64,000 bases of DNA, from contig NMRA01000559.1 in the NCBI GenBank assembly GCA_002633005.1, forward strand, positions 1 to 64,000, read 5' to 3'. Both the position numbers and the translations under genes were made by a program. This DNA is from Phoronis australis. Lineage: Eukaryota > Animalia > Phoronida. The notes beneath the pieces were generated by a model. It saw only the letters and a list, made by a program, of their open reading frames with translations, did no database searches and was not told where the DNA came from. Within the stretch, counting starts at the first letter, position 1; the number at the start of each line of letters is the position of its first letter. Of the stretch, positions 1 through 13,300 are shown piece after piece.

Positions 1-803
1 ATCAGAGCTGGGTCACATATGGGCGACAAGGTGTGTCTTGCTGTTTAATTTAGTCACCAGGTGGCGGTCAGCCTGCGCCACGCCGGCAGTGCAGAGGACA
101 ATCTGCTGGAGAGGCCACCGCAAACACAATTGAATTTGCCTCAATCGAACAATACTTTTTATCTTCTTACCGGGTTCGAATATCTGTTTGATCCTTGTGA
201 GAAATGTTCCCACGGTTGCACAGTCACACATCTTTAGGAAGTTAACACAAGAGAGACAGTTTTTGGTAGTCGGCAAACGTGTAAGTGAACGTCAAAATAC
301 AATTAGCAATCGCCCTGCGACAGAAACAGGAGAACTAGGCTATATTTCATGAGTTGGTAACAGCTACAAGTTCACGTACACGCATGTTTGCGATAACCTT
401 TTGTCTATTTTCCCATGAACACTTAGCTTTTTCTCATAAATCACACTCCATTGCAAACTCTTTAGTTCATGTCTCAAGTGCATGGTCGGTGAAAAATAAA
501 AAATCACGCGTAAAAGTGTTTTTGTAATTCGGAGTAAGACTGCCTACCCTGATTAAACAATCGTTTTTGCTATTTCCAGGAGACCCTCGGGCTATGCGCA
601 GCCATGCGCACACATTCACGAAGAGCATCCGATATTTCACCAATTGGCTGTTTACGGGCGGGCTATCAACCCATCGCACCGCAGCCGAATGCCAACAAAT
701 AGTTGACGAATTTTACAACAGATTTGAAGACGACGTGGCTGCGGCGCCCGCAGACTTCGGCTTCACAAATGTTGGCGTATTCATTTCTTTCCGGAAAGTC
801 TAG
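1..803 (+). CDS. SABATH-family (Methyltransf_7) SAM-dependent methyltransferase, copy A, last two coding exons (5' part lies upstream of the window)
   Basis: Exon <1-30 (..QSWVTYGRQ G|gt) and exon 580-803 (tttccag|GA GAC CCT..., GDPRAMRSHAHTFTKSIRYFTNWLFTGGLS...FISFRKV*) join in phase 1. They are nearly identical to the last exons of the SABATH gene at 34446-51771, from which the family call is taken. Confidence 0.85.
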
Positions 804-2471
804 ACACTAATACGTTGCTTTAGACACAATGTATTTGGAACATGGGACTGGCGACCTTTTGTTACAGAATAATCCACAAGTTTAACTTGAATGAAATGAA
901 CTGTATACTAACCTTTTAATCCTTAAAAACTATTAAAATAGTTATTTCTAATAGCCTACTTCTCAATTGTTGTATTGAGATAGTTGTGTTACGGAAGTTT
1001 GTACATTTTGTGTGTTATACGGTAAGCTAACAGATGCCCCTGCGAACAGTGTAGAATATTAGCTTCACTTTATTGTCCTAGCTAGTTCAAGCCTTTAAGA
1101 CTGGTGGGTTTGTAAGCTGGAAGTCGTCATCGATAGTCACTCAGATGCTGTTGCCAAGTGACCCAACAGAACTGGCGCAGTCAATTGAGCGCAACCAATG
1201 AGGGAAGTGTCTTTAAACGAGATTAGAAAAATAATATGAAATCTTATTGGGGCATACAACTTGATGTGTATATTCCTAGCTTTTCTCTAGAACTAATTAC
1301 ACGAGCATGAATGAAAGGTTGTTTATTTTTTATTACCAATACTCAAACAATTGGTCAGAGAAAAGGAAGCAGGTTACGATGGAGTGCCACAGTTTTTGGG
1401 AGAACAGGATATCTAACTTAAATCTGCACTTCGCCCAATTTTGCTGACTAAAAACGAAAATCGAAGGAAGTATTTTACTATCACAAAATCGGTCTCGCAA
1501 TATTCCTCAACGTGGAAGGATTCTGTTTACAGTAGCATCTCAAGTTACTGGCAATGTGAATATGCGACACTTTATAATTCGCTGGCTTGGCCTAATAAGT
1601 TTCAGAAGCGTTTTCTCTAGTCGATGATGGTTTCTATGTTCTTTTTGGAAACGGAAATGAAATCCTATCGCGGTAAGGAATACCGCGAGATCGATTTTAT
1701 GGGAGTAAAACACTTTCGTTTTGAGCCTGTTAAACAGGGCGATACGCAATTGTAACTTGCCACTCCGTTCCAGATGGTTAGCACTTTCCCAAGGACATTA
1801 GTCCAAGAACATATACTTCTTCATGTCGTAGCTCAGCTAAAATCAAAATAGAACTAACCCAATTGAAAATATAATATGCAGGGCATTGCTTTTTGCTGCC
1901 ATATATTTCTCCGTCAATGACGGCAAGGCGAGAGACAGAGCAGCTATTGCTGCCAAGAGTATGACCACCGTGTTGGTTGTCTATTGAGACTGACAATACA
2001 TCACCAAAGTCTGGCGTCTTGATACCTCTTAGAAAACCGCTCAGCCATTATTATTTCCACGTTTTGCTTTCGAAAAATCTATCATTTGAAATAATTTCTG
2101 TTGCCAAGTTACCACAAAACACAACACTGAATAGCTCCACACATACAATGTTTAGGACAAGACTGCATTGAAATTGGGGCAAGAATGTATGCAGACATTT
2201 TAATTAATTTTTAATGAGTCATAACTTGTCTGTATAGGTCTTTTCTCACCGTTCCATCAAAGCAAATAATGAAAGCTACTTCTAAAGCAAATGTCCAACA
2301 GGGCTGCAAATCCCACTTACATATCCAGAATTACCATCGCCAGTCTCAGAGAGATGTCACAGAACTCACGTTGACTCAGTTAAAGCCACGAATTGCGAGC
2401 AACTCTGATTTAAACCATGTACGCGACTAGGGATACGGCACTATTTTCAGAATGCTCTTTTGTTGCTGGGT

Positions 2472-2508
2472 ATGCAGGAAGAACGGCTAGTTTCCATTTG
2501 TTGATTCT
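2472..2508 (-). pseudogene. Orphan degenerate copy of the RPF1 terminal coding exon
   Basis: gcaggaagaac-------ggctagtttccatttgttgattctag aligns to 53369-53412 acaggaagaacttccgacgactagtttccatttggtgacgctag. It has a 7-nt deletion and has lost the stop codon, and no upstream RPF1 exons follow it. Confidence 0.85.
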
Positions 2509-4337
2509 AGAAAACAACAAAACCCCGGTCAGTCAGAAATAACACGGCCACTATCTCACGGATTTCAAATTTACTCGTGTCTCACTTCAGAGGCCCGCTC
2601 TGTAGCGCAAAATACTCCTGCGGAAAAAAATAATGAGATCGCATGCTTCGCTTGTAATGCATGTTGACATCTAATAAAGATTTGTATTATCTTGTCGCAC
2701 TCTTATGGTACTACCAGCAATATGCAAACCGAAGTTCAGTTTTATCACATAGCCTTGCAAATTCTATTTCAAACTTTTCATTACATTTTAAAAGCGGCGT
2801 TACGATGAAGGACTCGCCACTTTGTAAGTGTATTTGCAACTTTTATAAATAACGAACAAACTGCTTCCATTCTGGGGTGCTTGATGCCAGGCCATCCACC
2901 CCGGCCCAGATTGAATGCTACGACATGTAGGTTTATGCATTGTGTTTACATTGTGTTTAGACAAGGGCGTGCTCATTCCTCATGGCAATATTGAATACAA
3001 GTGACTCAGGTTTACTGTGGCTTTTGTCAGTGATTATTGAGTGTCAATTTTGTGAATATTGACAACCACTTGGTTCAGTTGGTCGTGGCTCACATATGTC
3101 TGCGGCATTTCTCATGCAGGTGGGTCGAGTTCATACGGCCTCAAAATCGACGAAAGTTCCCGTGGGAAATCGAATACATTGTCCGATTCTTCATGTAGTT
3201 GAGTGTGATGCCCGCGTCCACTCTCTTCTCTGCATAATAATTGTCCAGTTCTCTCTCAAAATCGTCCTCGTCATGTTATCTGCTATGTTACGCCATTGCA
3301 ATTGGTTGTCAAGTGACCTAACGTCTTCCACCCATTACATCCTTTGGCGGGAAACTTGAAAATAACTATTTTTTCTTCAAAATTAAAAAATAGCCACTAT
3401 TTGGCATAAAATGTTCTTATTTAGTTCGATTTTATAATATTCATTTCATATAAGCTAACTGAAACCTCAAAAATTAAGAAAATGCATGGTGAGAACTCTT
3501 TAAAACTATCTCGACCACAACTACAATGGCGCATGTACCCGAAAAGATAACAGTACCATAAGTTTCGTTACACGGTTACACAAGTGATGACAATTTCGTT
3601 GCCTCGATTGTTGAAGTAGTTGAAGAAGTAAAAACAGACGATGGTGAGAAGACAACAATGGAAATGTGAACAATGGAAACCACTCTTTATCACGTGACCT
3701 CTACGCAGAAGCAAAGTTCTTGTAACACTCGCAAATCAAAATATTCCTGCTTCAGTGTTTTTGAGAAACGTGTTAAGGCAGTGCTCGATTTAGCGATCTG
3801 TAGTCAAGACTATGAGGTCATGATGTCTGTCGAGAATCCAACAGAAACCACAGAAGGCAATCAGTATTATAAACCAGACTGCAAACAACTCGGGCAAGAC
3901 GATGATCAACCAGAAATGCTTGAGAATCATCTCTATGGCCTGAATCATTGAAAATACGGAACTTCCCCCACACCTGCGTTATAACGTCGGATGGTTGGAA
4001 GAATTTGTTAAAATGTACAAAAAGCGAGTCAGGAGATAACTCGACATTCCATTCTTCGGGGAAAATTTTGAATGGTTCAGTCCAGTTGAAACGGATGACG
4101 AACAGGCAGCCCAGCAGTTGCTGTTTTGCGAATTTGCGGCAGATTTCTGCAAAGATTGGGAAGTTTTTCCCGACTCATCGTGTGTATGATTACAATTTCA
4201 GTATGTCGCCGGAGCCATCCAACACTGATTACATTTCTTTCATTGTGTCACCCTAAAAATAAAACGAGTTTGCAACATTTTATTGGACTTTAAATGAAAT
4301 ACAAATTTCTTTGAAATACTGTTTAACTAATTGATGT

Positions 4338-7300
4338 TTACTTCTCAAACCGATCTATACGGAATGTGCTCATATCAAACGACGGCGCCTGACCCTTAAT
4401 CATCTCCAGGAGAAGTTTACCAACGACCGGAGCCAGTTTGAAGCCGTGACCTGCAATAGAAATCAATCATGGCGTAGATTCATGCCAGAATTTTGTGCAG
4501 ACTAGCACGAGGAATACGACTTGAAAATATCAGCTAAGGGACGAAAAGTCAAATCTGCATATACCCCCGGGGCGTATTATTTGGAAGTGATGAATGCCCG
4601 CCCCGGTGTACCAATACTGTACTCCACGCGTAAGTTGAAACCAAGAGAAAATATTTACATTTATTGTCGGTGTATGATTCTCTCCCCCAAAATGAGTTTC
4701 TTTGCTTAAAAAATGGTTATGATTTGGTGTCCATTTCTAATGAGATTGGCGCAAGTATTACGACTCAACGATGCAAGTTCATCCCAAATGTACACCCTGG
4801 ATGTATCTGCGAAAATCCTTAGCCGGATACGCTCGCTAGTGGCTCAAGATGGGCCTGTATGCATTAAACCCCAGTAAGAATTCATCTCGTCTTGAGTCAT
4901 GGGCATGGCATTCACTTAAAGAATGTCGAGAACTGCTTCAAAATCACTGCGTTTGCTGCCAGAATTCACCATGTTGCAACTATCTGCTTCAGGACTGCAG
5001 GACACCATGGCCACACACAACCTTCTCGACATTAAATTCGACAATTGACTAGCAACATCGCGTGAGAATTCGAAGCATAGCACGAACTGGTCAGTTTTCG
5101 AGATAAGTCTCGACTAAGAGTTGGTGGTCTCAGTGAAACTCACAAGTAACAAGCCTTAGATAGTTTTATACCAGAACATATGTTTGTGGATCTCTCTCTT
5201 CATTTAGCCTGGTAACTTGATATGCCTTGTTCAAGCCAATTCTTTATTGCCAGTTTAAGAACTCTTTAAATGTGGTCAGGATTCAACTTTTGCTTATGGT
5301 GACTGGTGAAAATTTAAATAGCAGTTCAATACCTGAGAATCCTGTAGCAATCAAAATGTTTTTCCATTTGGGATGTCGGTCAATGAACGGGTTATGGTCC
5401 GGAGTATTCTGAAAAGAAAACAAACCAAGAAGGTATTACACGTTTTTTGTTCTTAAAATCTTAGTGTTAACCCAGAAAAAATGGTCCAGGAATGTTAAAA
5501 GCCGATTTTTTCCATTCTCGATTAATACTTACTCAAACTCTATCGGAAATTCTGGAGGCTACGTGATTTTTAAACTTATATGTTAAGTATGCAAATACAG
5601 GCTTTCATTCGTGGTGATATTCTGGCTTGTGCCCCCAGCGTGAGACTCGACCACGTGTTTCATTCCAGCTTCATATTCGACACCATACGACGTGACATTT
5701 TAATGAAAATGATTCAGTTTCTTTGCTCTGATAGACCTTCACGCTTGCTTTTTAGGTTTTCGTTCACCACGCAAGGGCGGATCCAGGATTTTGAGTTGGG
5801 GGGAGGGGGCAGGGCAGAGTATTGGCCAGGATTTTGCCCGTCATACATTCGTACCCCAGAACAGCCAAATGGAATCTGGGAGGATTTTAGGGGGGCATGG
5901 CCCCTCTCTAAATCCTCTCGTGGCACGAACTATGAACTTACCACGTAGAGGCATCGTTCAACCTTGGCGGGTGCCGTTGTATCCATTGTGGGGAAGTATC
6001 TCCGGATGGTTTCACCGAGACTCTCGATGTCTCNGCCAAAATCCAATTGGATCCTATAGGATTTACTATAGGGTTTCCTATAGGAAATCCTATAGAATTC
6101 CTATAGGAATCCAATAGGAAATCCTCCCGGCAGCTCGGCCGAGGACTGTCAGTCCCGTCGGCACTGTCTTCGGCAGCCTGCCTGGGGCCCGCCTACCTGC
6201 CGTCGCTCCCCGTCGGCGCTGCCTTCTGCAGCTGAGCTTGGCCGAGGCACGCCTACCTGCCGTCGGTCTCCATCGGCGCTACCTTCCTCAGCTTGGCCGC
6301 GGCCTGCCTACCTGCCGTCTGTCTCCATCGGCGCTGCCTTCCTCAGCTTGGCCGCGGCCCACCTACCTGCCGTCGATTTCCGTAGGCGCTGTCTTCGGCA
6401 GCTTGGCCGGGGCCTGCGTACTTGCCTTCGGTCCCCGTCGGCGCTGCCTTCGGCAACGTTCCCCGGCTTAGCCCGCCTACCTGCCGTCGGTCCCCGTCGG
6501 CGCGCTGCCTTCCGTCGGCATGCAGCTTGTCCGCGGCGCGACTACCTGGTGTCTGTCCTCGCCGTATGCGCTGCCTTTCGGCAGATTGGCCGCGGCCCGC
6601 CTACTTGTTTGCCGTTGGTCCCCGTCGGCGTTGCCTTCTGTAGCTCGGCCGAGGCCTGCCTCCTGTCGTCAGTCCCCGTCGGGGCTGCCTCCAGCATCTC
6701 GGCCGTGGCCCGCCTCATAGCTGTCGTAGGTCGCCGTCGTCGGTGTCCCCGGCAGCTCGGCCGAGGTCCGCCTCCTGCCGTCGGTCCCCGTCGGCGCTGC
6801 CTTCTACAGCTTGGCCGCGGCCCGCCTATGTTCCGTCGGTTCCTGTCGGCGCTGCTATCCGTCGGCCGCTTGTCCGCGGCCCGTCTACCTGCCGTCGGCC
6901 CCCGTCGGTGCTGCCTTTGGCACCTTGGCTGCGGCCCGCTTACCTGCCGTCGGTCCCCGTGGGCTCTGCCTTCGGCAGCTTGACTGCGGCCTTGGCTACG
7001 GCCCGCCTACCTAACTGCCTTCGGTCCTCGTCGGCGCTGCCGTCAATAGCTGGGCCGACTGAGACCTGCCTCCGGCTTCCGGCTCCTGTCCGCGCTTCAT
7101 ACGGCGGCTAGGCCGAGGCCCCCATATAAATATGAAGGTGTATGTAAGTGTGTGTTGGTGTGCGTGCGTACGTGCGTGCGTGCATGTGTGTGTGAGCGTG
7201 TGTGTGTGTGAGCGTGTGTGTGTGTGTGCTTGCTTGCGTGCGTGCGTGTGCACGTTGATATTATTGTCCAATTATTTCTACAATAATTCATAGTGCAATG

Positions 7301-10300
7301 TTCACCTGTTGTCCAAATGCCGTTTTTTGTTAATTCGATTTCTGAGCAGCACTGCTATCTGTAGTATTATACCTGTACCCGTGAAATTTAAGTGAAAAGC
7401 TTACATACTTTGTGTTGCTGGCAGCGTCAAAATCAATTGACATGTTATCTGATGTAGTCTTGTAATTTGCCATGCGACATAGCCATATTTTCCTGTTAGA
7501 CTTAAAAAACGGGACGTTTCATAGGTTTTTGCGGCACCTGAAATTTCCCATTGGACTAAAAAACAAAAAACGCCTACGGGTGCCACGTAAACAAATTCCG
7601 CGCATGCGCGGCGCAATCTCAGGAGAGCGAGATCGAAGTTGACATACCAGGGCTTGAGTTCTATGACTCGTAGTAAGACGACAGATAGGACACTATGATG
7701 ACTGCTCATTTTGAAGAGACATGAAACGCGAAAACTCGTAGAAATACCTTTTAAACAGATCGTGGCGAATCTACTTCTTGGGTAAGAGTTATTCACTTTG
7801 AATTTTGCAAGAGTTTCTAGAAAAAATCGTCAGATTCAATATTTTTGAAACACAGATGAAATATAAACTTTTTCATCCCAATAAAGTTTTCAAATTCTCC
7901 GCCCCTAATAATATATATGCGCGCATGAGCTCAAAGAACTACCTAGTAAGCATTTCCCAATTCCAAAATCGCCACGGTTTTGTTTACGTCAAACGTCATA
8001 TTTTCCATGTGAGGCAATGTACTACGCCTGTCTTGCCATACCAAATAAAGAGACGTGCTCTGTCTTGCAGAAGAAAAACTGGCTACGAAACGAGCAATTG
8101 ACAAGTCATTTTTTTGAAATTTGAAACCAAAGGAACAGTGCTTTGACATCGACAAAAAGTCAAAATCTTTTTGAACAGTAAAAATACTTGGTGAACAGTT
8201 TAACTTCTATTTCAGTGGCAGTGAACCACTTTGAATAATGCAATTTAGTCTGTTTTTCTCGTTCTATGCAACTTTAAAGGCGGCTTAAACACTTTCCGGT
8301 CAGACGTCTGCTGTCTCATGAAAATTCCGCGCGAACGCGGTGCGACTTGAGGGAGAGCGCGCTGTAACAAAATACGGAAATTACGGCAGAGTACTGTAAA
8401 ATTTAACAAATGTTGCGATTATTTGTTAAACGTAACACCAAAATGCATGTTCTTATCGCTGCTGTGAATGTGCCCTCGATCACAAAACGTGAGTTTTGAT
8501 GCAGAACACGACGTACCGTTAAATAAATAAATCTTCAATTGTCCACAGAATTGAATTTGGACGAACTAAAAATGCTCGTGATCACGCTCAAAAACTTGAG
8601 TAGACGGGCTATTATGAACTCAAACAATAAATACTATCCAGGTCCCCCAGTTCTTGCTAAACTTAATTACAGCAAAGCGGAGCGTTGACGGGTCTTCACC
8701 GCGTGCATCGCAAGGGGCAAATAGACAATAGGGCATGACTTTCTTCATGCGCCATAACGGCTACTTTACGAAATTTTTCTTCCATTTGATATTGCCGTGA
8801 TAAAAGTAAGGTTGACGTGTGGTCTACGGTGCGTGACCAAGATAAAAAACAAGCCTTTTAGTAGAATGTGGATACAGAGCACATTTAAAGTGGAACCTAC
8901 ACGCCAATTCCTTGTCTCTGTGATTGCGTGGTCAAATTAGTCTGAAACACAACATTTAGCGACGATGGGAATATTAAGTACGTTGAAAATTGCAAAACGT
9001 TCTTAAGAACGAGTTTTGTGTCGAGAATGATCCGCAGCAAATCACTCAACCGTGTCCAGTAAGTATCGTGACATGGTGTTGGGGAATAACATGATGTCCG
9101 TTATGTGAGCCTCAAATGTACTTTAATAGTGAAAAGGTCATATATTTGCAGATTTTTTTGTTTTCACATTTACAAGTTGTAAATGAATACAACTGCACTT
9201 AGTTTAGCGTAGATCATGATGTTCAAATACTATTGTCGTTTAGTTCTTGCTATACATTAGCATTGTTAGGAGCATGCAAATACAACTTTAAAGCTGGCGT
9301 TTACTAACCTTCATGTAATCGAAACCATCGTAGGTTGGCAAGCCATACATTTTGAAGTCCATCATACCCGCGTCAGCTGGAATCTCCTGGCGAGGCCAAG
9401 GACATATTTTGGTCATGATGAACGCGTGTGGGAAGGTGTTCTCCATGTCGGTTTCTTTCCAGTAACAAGAGCTTATATTAACTACCTGCAAAATATATTA
9501 CACCTCATTATGAATCAGTAGTCAGTTCAATCGAATGAATGAGTCCCGATATGACTATTACTGATGGCAACGAGGGTACGTGCATTCAGTAAGATTATGA
9601 CAAGTTCACGCAAGTTTCCGCGAGATGCCACGCATGAAACGGGACGCACGTGATTTCACTTATCTTTTACTCTCGTCACTCGAGTTACTGAACGCTCCCA
9701 TGGCTACTTATGTTACTTGGTAGGAAATCATCAAATACTTAAATTTGAATAACGTTCGTGAATCAAGTCACTAGACTTACAAAAATGTCACGCATATTTG
9801 CCAATTCTCGTTCTTGTCCTATGTCAACAGCCGTCTCCTGCATGCATTGGGGTAGTTACTCTTCCATACTTAGCGGTCAAACGTTGCGGCCATCAACAAC
9901 ATAGCGCTAACACTGGTGACCTGGCGTGCGTTCCGTAGACACAAGAGCCTCGCGAAAACGCAAAATCATACAAGTCTTCGCGAGATATCGCCATGTATTA
10001 CGAGCGAAGCTGGTGATCGAACGCGCGATGCTTGCGTGTACAGAACTCCGCCCAGTTCGCCAAAGGGTCAACCGATATCTGGCATCTTGAGGAACTCACA
10101 AAACCATAACGACGTTCTCCTTGAAACTGTAAAGTTTCCGTGTTACAACTACAAGGTGACAATGTTGCTGGCTTTGATGGAATTTTAGGCAGGATCACAA
10201 AAACAACTTTTGGTTTATACTCACCGCTACTCATACCGTTATGAAAATGGTATCAAATTATTCCTCAGTCAAACTGGAGATGGTTCCAGTTAGTTACTGC

Positions 10301-13300
10301 TTAATACCTGTCTCCAAGTTAGCTTGTGGGGTGAGTCATCTTATGTGACGAGCATAGTCTCAACAAAAGAGAAAGTGTCAGTTCTTTGCAAGACCAAAAC
10401 TTCTCAACGGAGTAAGGAACAAGGTGAGATCAATTTTAGCGCTAAGTTGTCTAAGTAAAAAATAGTTTCTTCGACGAAAGGCGGAGTTATTGTTGCTTTA
10501 ATAGTTCAAAGTTCAATCAGTTGCACACAAGATATTATTGCGCCTTTAGAGATTTAATTGTACAAGCTGGTAGTGTGAAGAATGCCGGGTGTAGAATATG
10601 GCGCAGTGTGTAAGAAAGTATTAATTGGACCAAACTGGAGCATAAAGAAGAATATACACTGTCATAACGCTCATATTTTCCTAACGATATACAAAGTGAA
10701 TTAGCAAACAGATTTTTGTGTCTGCTGTGTGTACAAATTGTGTTGAAGTGAAACGAACCTGCAGAGGGAGTGATACACCTAGTGGTTCCAGGAGTTTATT
10801 ACTCCAACCTCCTGTTGCCAAGACCACGTGGCGCGTTCTGTATGACGCTTTGGTGGTGTTGACAGTGATCACGTCACCTGGGATAATGTCAGCAACTGGC
10901 TCATCGTCTCGTATGTGGCCACCAAACTTAGTAAGCATATCCTATGACAAAGACCATAGTTCAGTGTTACCGCCCCTTTGCTACTCCTAATGCAAATAAT
11001 AGTAGCAAATGTAACAATTATTACAACTGCGGGCCATATTTCACCGGCCGTTACCTCAACTTCACACACACAAAAACACACACACGCACACACTCACGAG
11101 CACACACACGCGCACACGCACACTCAAACACACACACAAATTATACACATATACATAAACGGTACTTAGTATATTGTTGCATTTTCGGTTACTATTACAT
11201 TCGCAGTTGTTACGTTCAAACATACATGTACCTGTGAACAATGTTTGTGAGTGACTTGTCTAAGTCGATGCAACTGTGGCAATGGAAATGTTTCAGTAGC
11301 AATGCAATAATGCCTTCAATTTGAGAATAAATGTTTAGATACTTTTGTTTTGTGAAACTTTGTGCTTTAGATATTTGAGAGCAACCGTATTTTTCGTTTT
11401 CTTTCCAGTTAGAACAATATGGATTAAGGAATATTTGCAAAGTTACATCTTCCCACATACTTTCGAATTCTGTATTTGGTGCTCTTGAGGTTATGCAGGA
11501 ACCTAGAAACTGTGTCAAAATTTGGCTAACTTCGGAACATCATATCTCAAAAATGGCTGGTTGCATCCATATGAAACCTTCAGACACTATGCCTAGCGCA
11601 CTCTTTTCCAAAATCGTGTTTTGGAATCGTTTTTTTGATGTTTCATTTTCGTGCAACGGTAAAAAGTCAAAAATCTAACTATACAACCTTTTTACTTTCA
11701 GAAACTATACACTTTTATTGAGTTAAAATGTAGGTTGCAGATATTTGGCTAAATATTATACAGGCCCTACATAACCTTTATTCCAAAATTTGAGCCACCA
11801 GGGTTGCGTTCCGTAAACCCAAGACATTAGCTTGCACTCGTGGCGACGTATGTTCTCTTATGCAATGAAAACAGCGAATTTAATCCCACAATGCAGCACT
11901 CCAATATTGCAAACCAATAAAGTCGTAGGTGGATATTTTGTTCCTGGGCACACTAGAGAAACACGCACTCGCGTAATATGCGAGGTCTTGTGAGATCTTG
12001 CATTTCTCGCAAGAAACTGGGTCAACGGAACGCTCTCCAGTTCCACCAAACACTGACATTCTTTTGCACGTTGCGTTCGCATTAGCTATCAATTGTCATG
12101 AACAGAGGGACAACCTAGCCTTACTCTAGTCATCGGGTATGTATGTGTGGACGCTCCTAACATTTCAAGAACAACTATGTCACTGGACCTTTCTAGCTCC
12201 GCAACAAATGGGAGTTAAACAGAGGACGTAGACTTTGTCAATACGCCACCATACCTGATAACACTTTAAACATTCGTCAGCCTTCAGAGTTCCTCCCCCG
12301 ATATCTAGACAACCTTTGTAACCCTCCGGTACGCGAAAAGTTGGGTATCTCTTCGTTAGTTCCTCGTGACTGAACTCCGTGTACGGCAGACCGTATTTCT
12401 TAAACTCGGTAATAGATTGTTCGATGAATGGAAATGGTGGTTTGTCGATCAACAATAATCCAGTTTCTCTGAAGAAGTATGATAAGACAGATGGTGTGTA
12501 CAGCAATAACGAAGTTGGAGCAGTAAAATTTCAGAGATATGCTTTTGAATCAACCAGATTTTCATGGGGCGTGCAGATGAATAGCTGTCTATAAACCGTA
12601 TAGTTTTCTATCCAGCGCCACACTATCTACTTTGTTAGACCTGTCTAGGAACCAATATTGTTCCTAGGACCTGTTCACTCCCCCTGTCGTCAACATCCCT
12701 ACGTGACGCTTAAAATGGCGAGATTCACCTGTCTTAAGTAGGAATTTCCTGGCGGTGGCAGGCGTACACTTTCATGAAGTATTCAGTGTTTAAACGTGGC
12801 TATTTCGCGGACCTTCTTCGAAGGGGTATAATCTTGACGCTAGATAAGCAAAAATAGCCACATGCTACAGGCAGCCAGGAACTTAGACAGGCAGACAAGC
12901 TGACAAACAAGCAGAGAGGAATGCACGCAGACAGGAAACCACACAGACAAACAGATCAACAGAAATACGAGGGTTATTCAAAAAGGTCTCCGTCTCCCCC
13001 GAAAACTTTCTTCCATTGAATCCTACGAAATCAATTAAGCGGGGGGCATCTGCTGACAAGATGATGACTTCGGTTTCTGGGACAGCGAAGGAATAGTTCT
13101 GGTTGAACTCCTGTAAAAGGGGCTATTTTGGTTGGGAATTATTATACATCAGAGTTAAGGGAACCATAGAACTCTAGCCCTGGAATGCCAACTCCCGCGC
13201 GTGACCCATATATTCTATTATGAGTTTGCGACCCCGAGACTAACCGCGCTGTGCAACCTCAGCAGCGCGAGATCAGAAGTTGGCATTCTAGGCCTAGGCT

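Larger units (their letters stand above)
1..2791 (+). repeat. Segmental duplicate of 50989-54492 (SABATH 3' end, shared 3' region, RPF1 last exon, part of the last RPF1 intron)
   Basis: Colinear similarity throughout, ending at caaacttttcattacattttaa (2770-2791 vs 54471-54492). Confidence 0.92.

Noticed and set aside
1540-1996. Minus-strand ORFs partly shared with 52535-52744
   Set aside because: Frames are not conserved between the duplicates and no domain is recognisable; this is 3'UTR/intergenic sequence.
1-2791. Duplicate block as an uncollapsed haplotype artefact
   Set aside because: Non-coding divergence is high and the RPF1 exon copy is frameshifted and orphaned, which is unlikely for an allele of an essential gene.
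6238-7111. Overlapping 66-211 aa Arg/Pro/Ala-rich ORFs
   Set aside because: Produced by the GC-rich ~55-bp minisatellite; the same peptides recur in all frames.
6125-7120. CRISPR-like periodicity
   Set aside because: Eukaryotic context, no unique spacers, no cas genes.
7011-7291. His/Thr-rich ORFs (also 10944-11237 and 29916-30104)
   Set aside because: Translations of CA/TG microsatellites.
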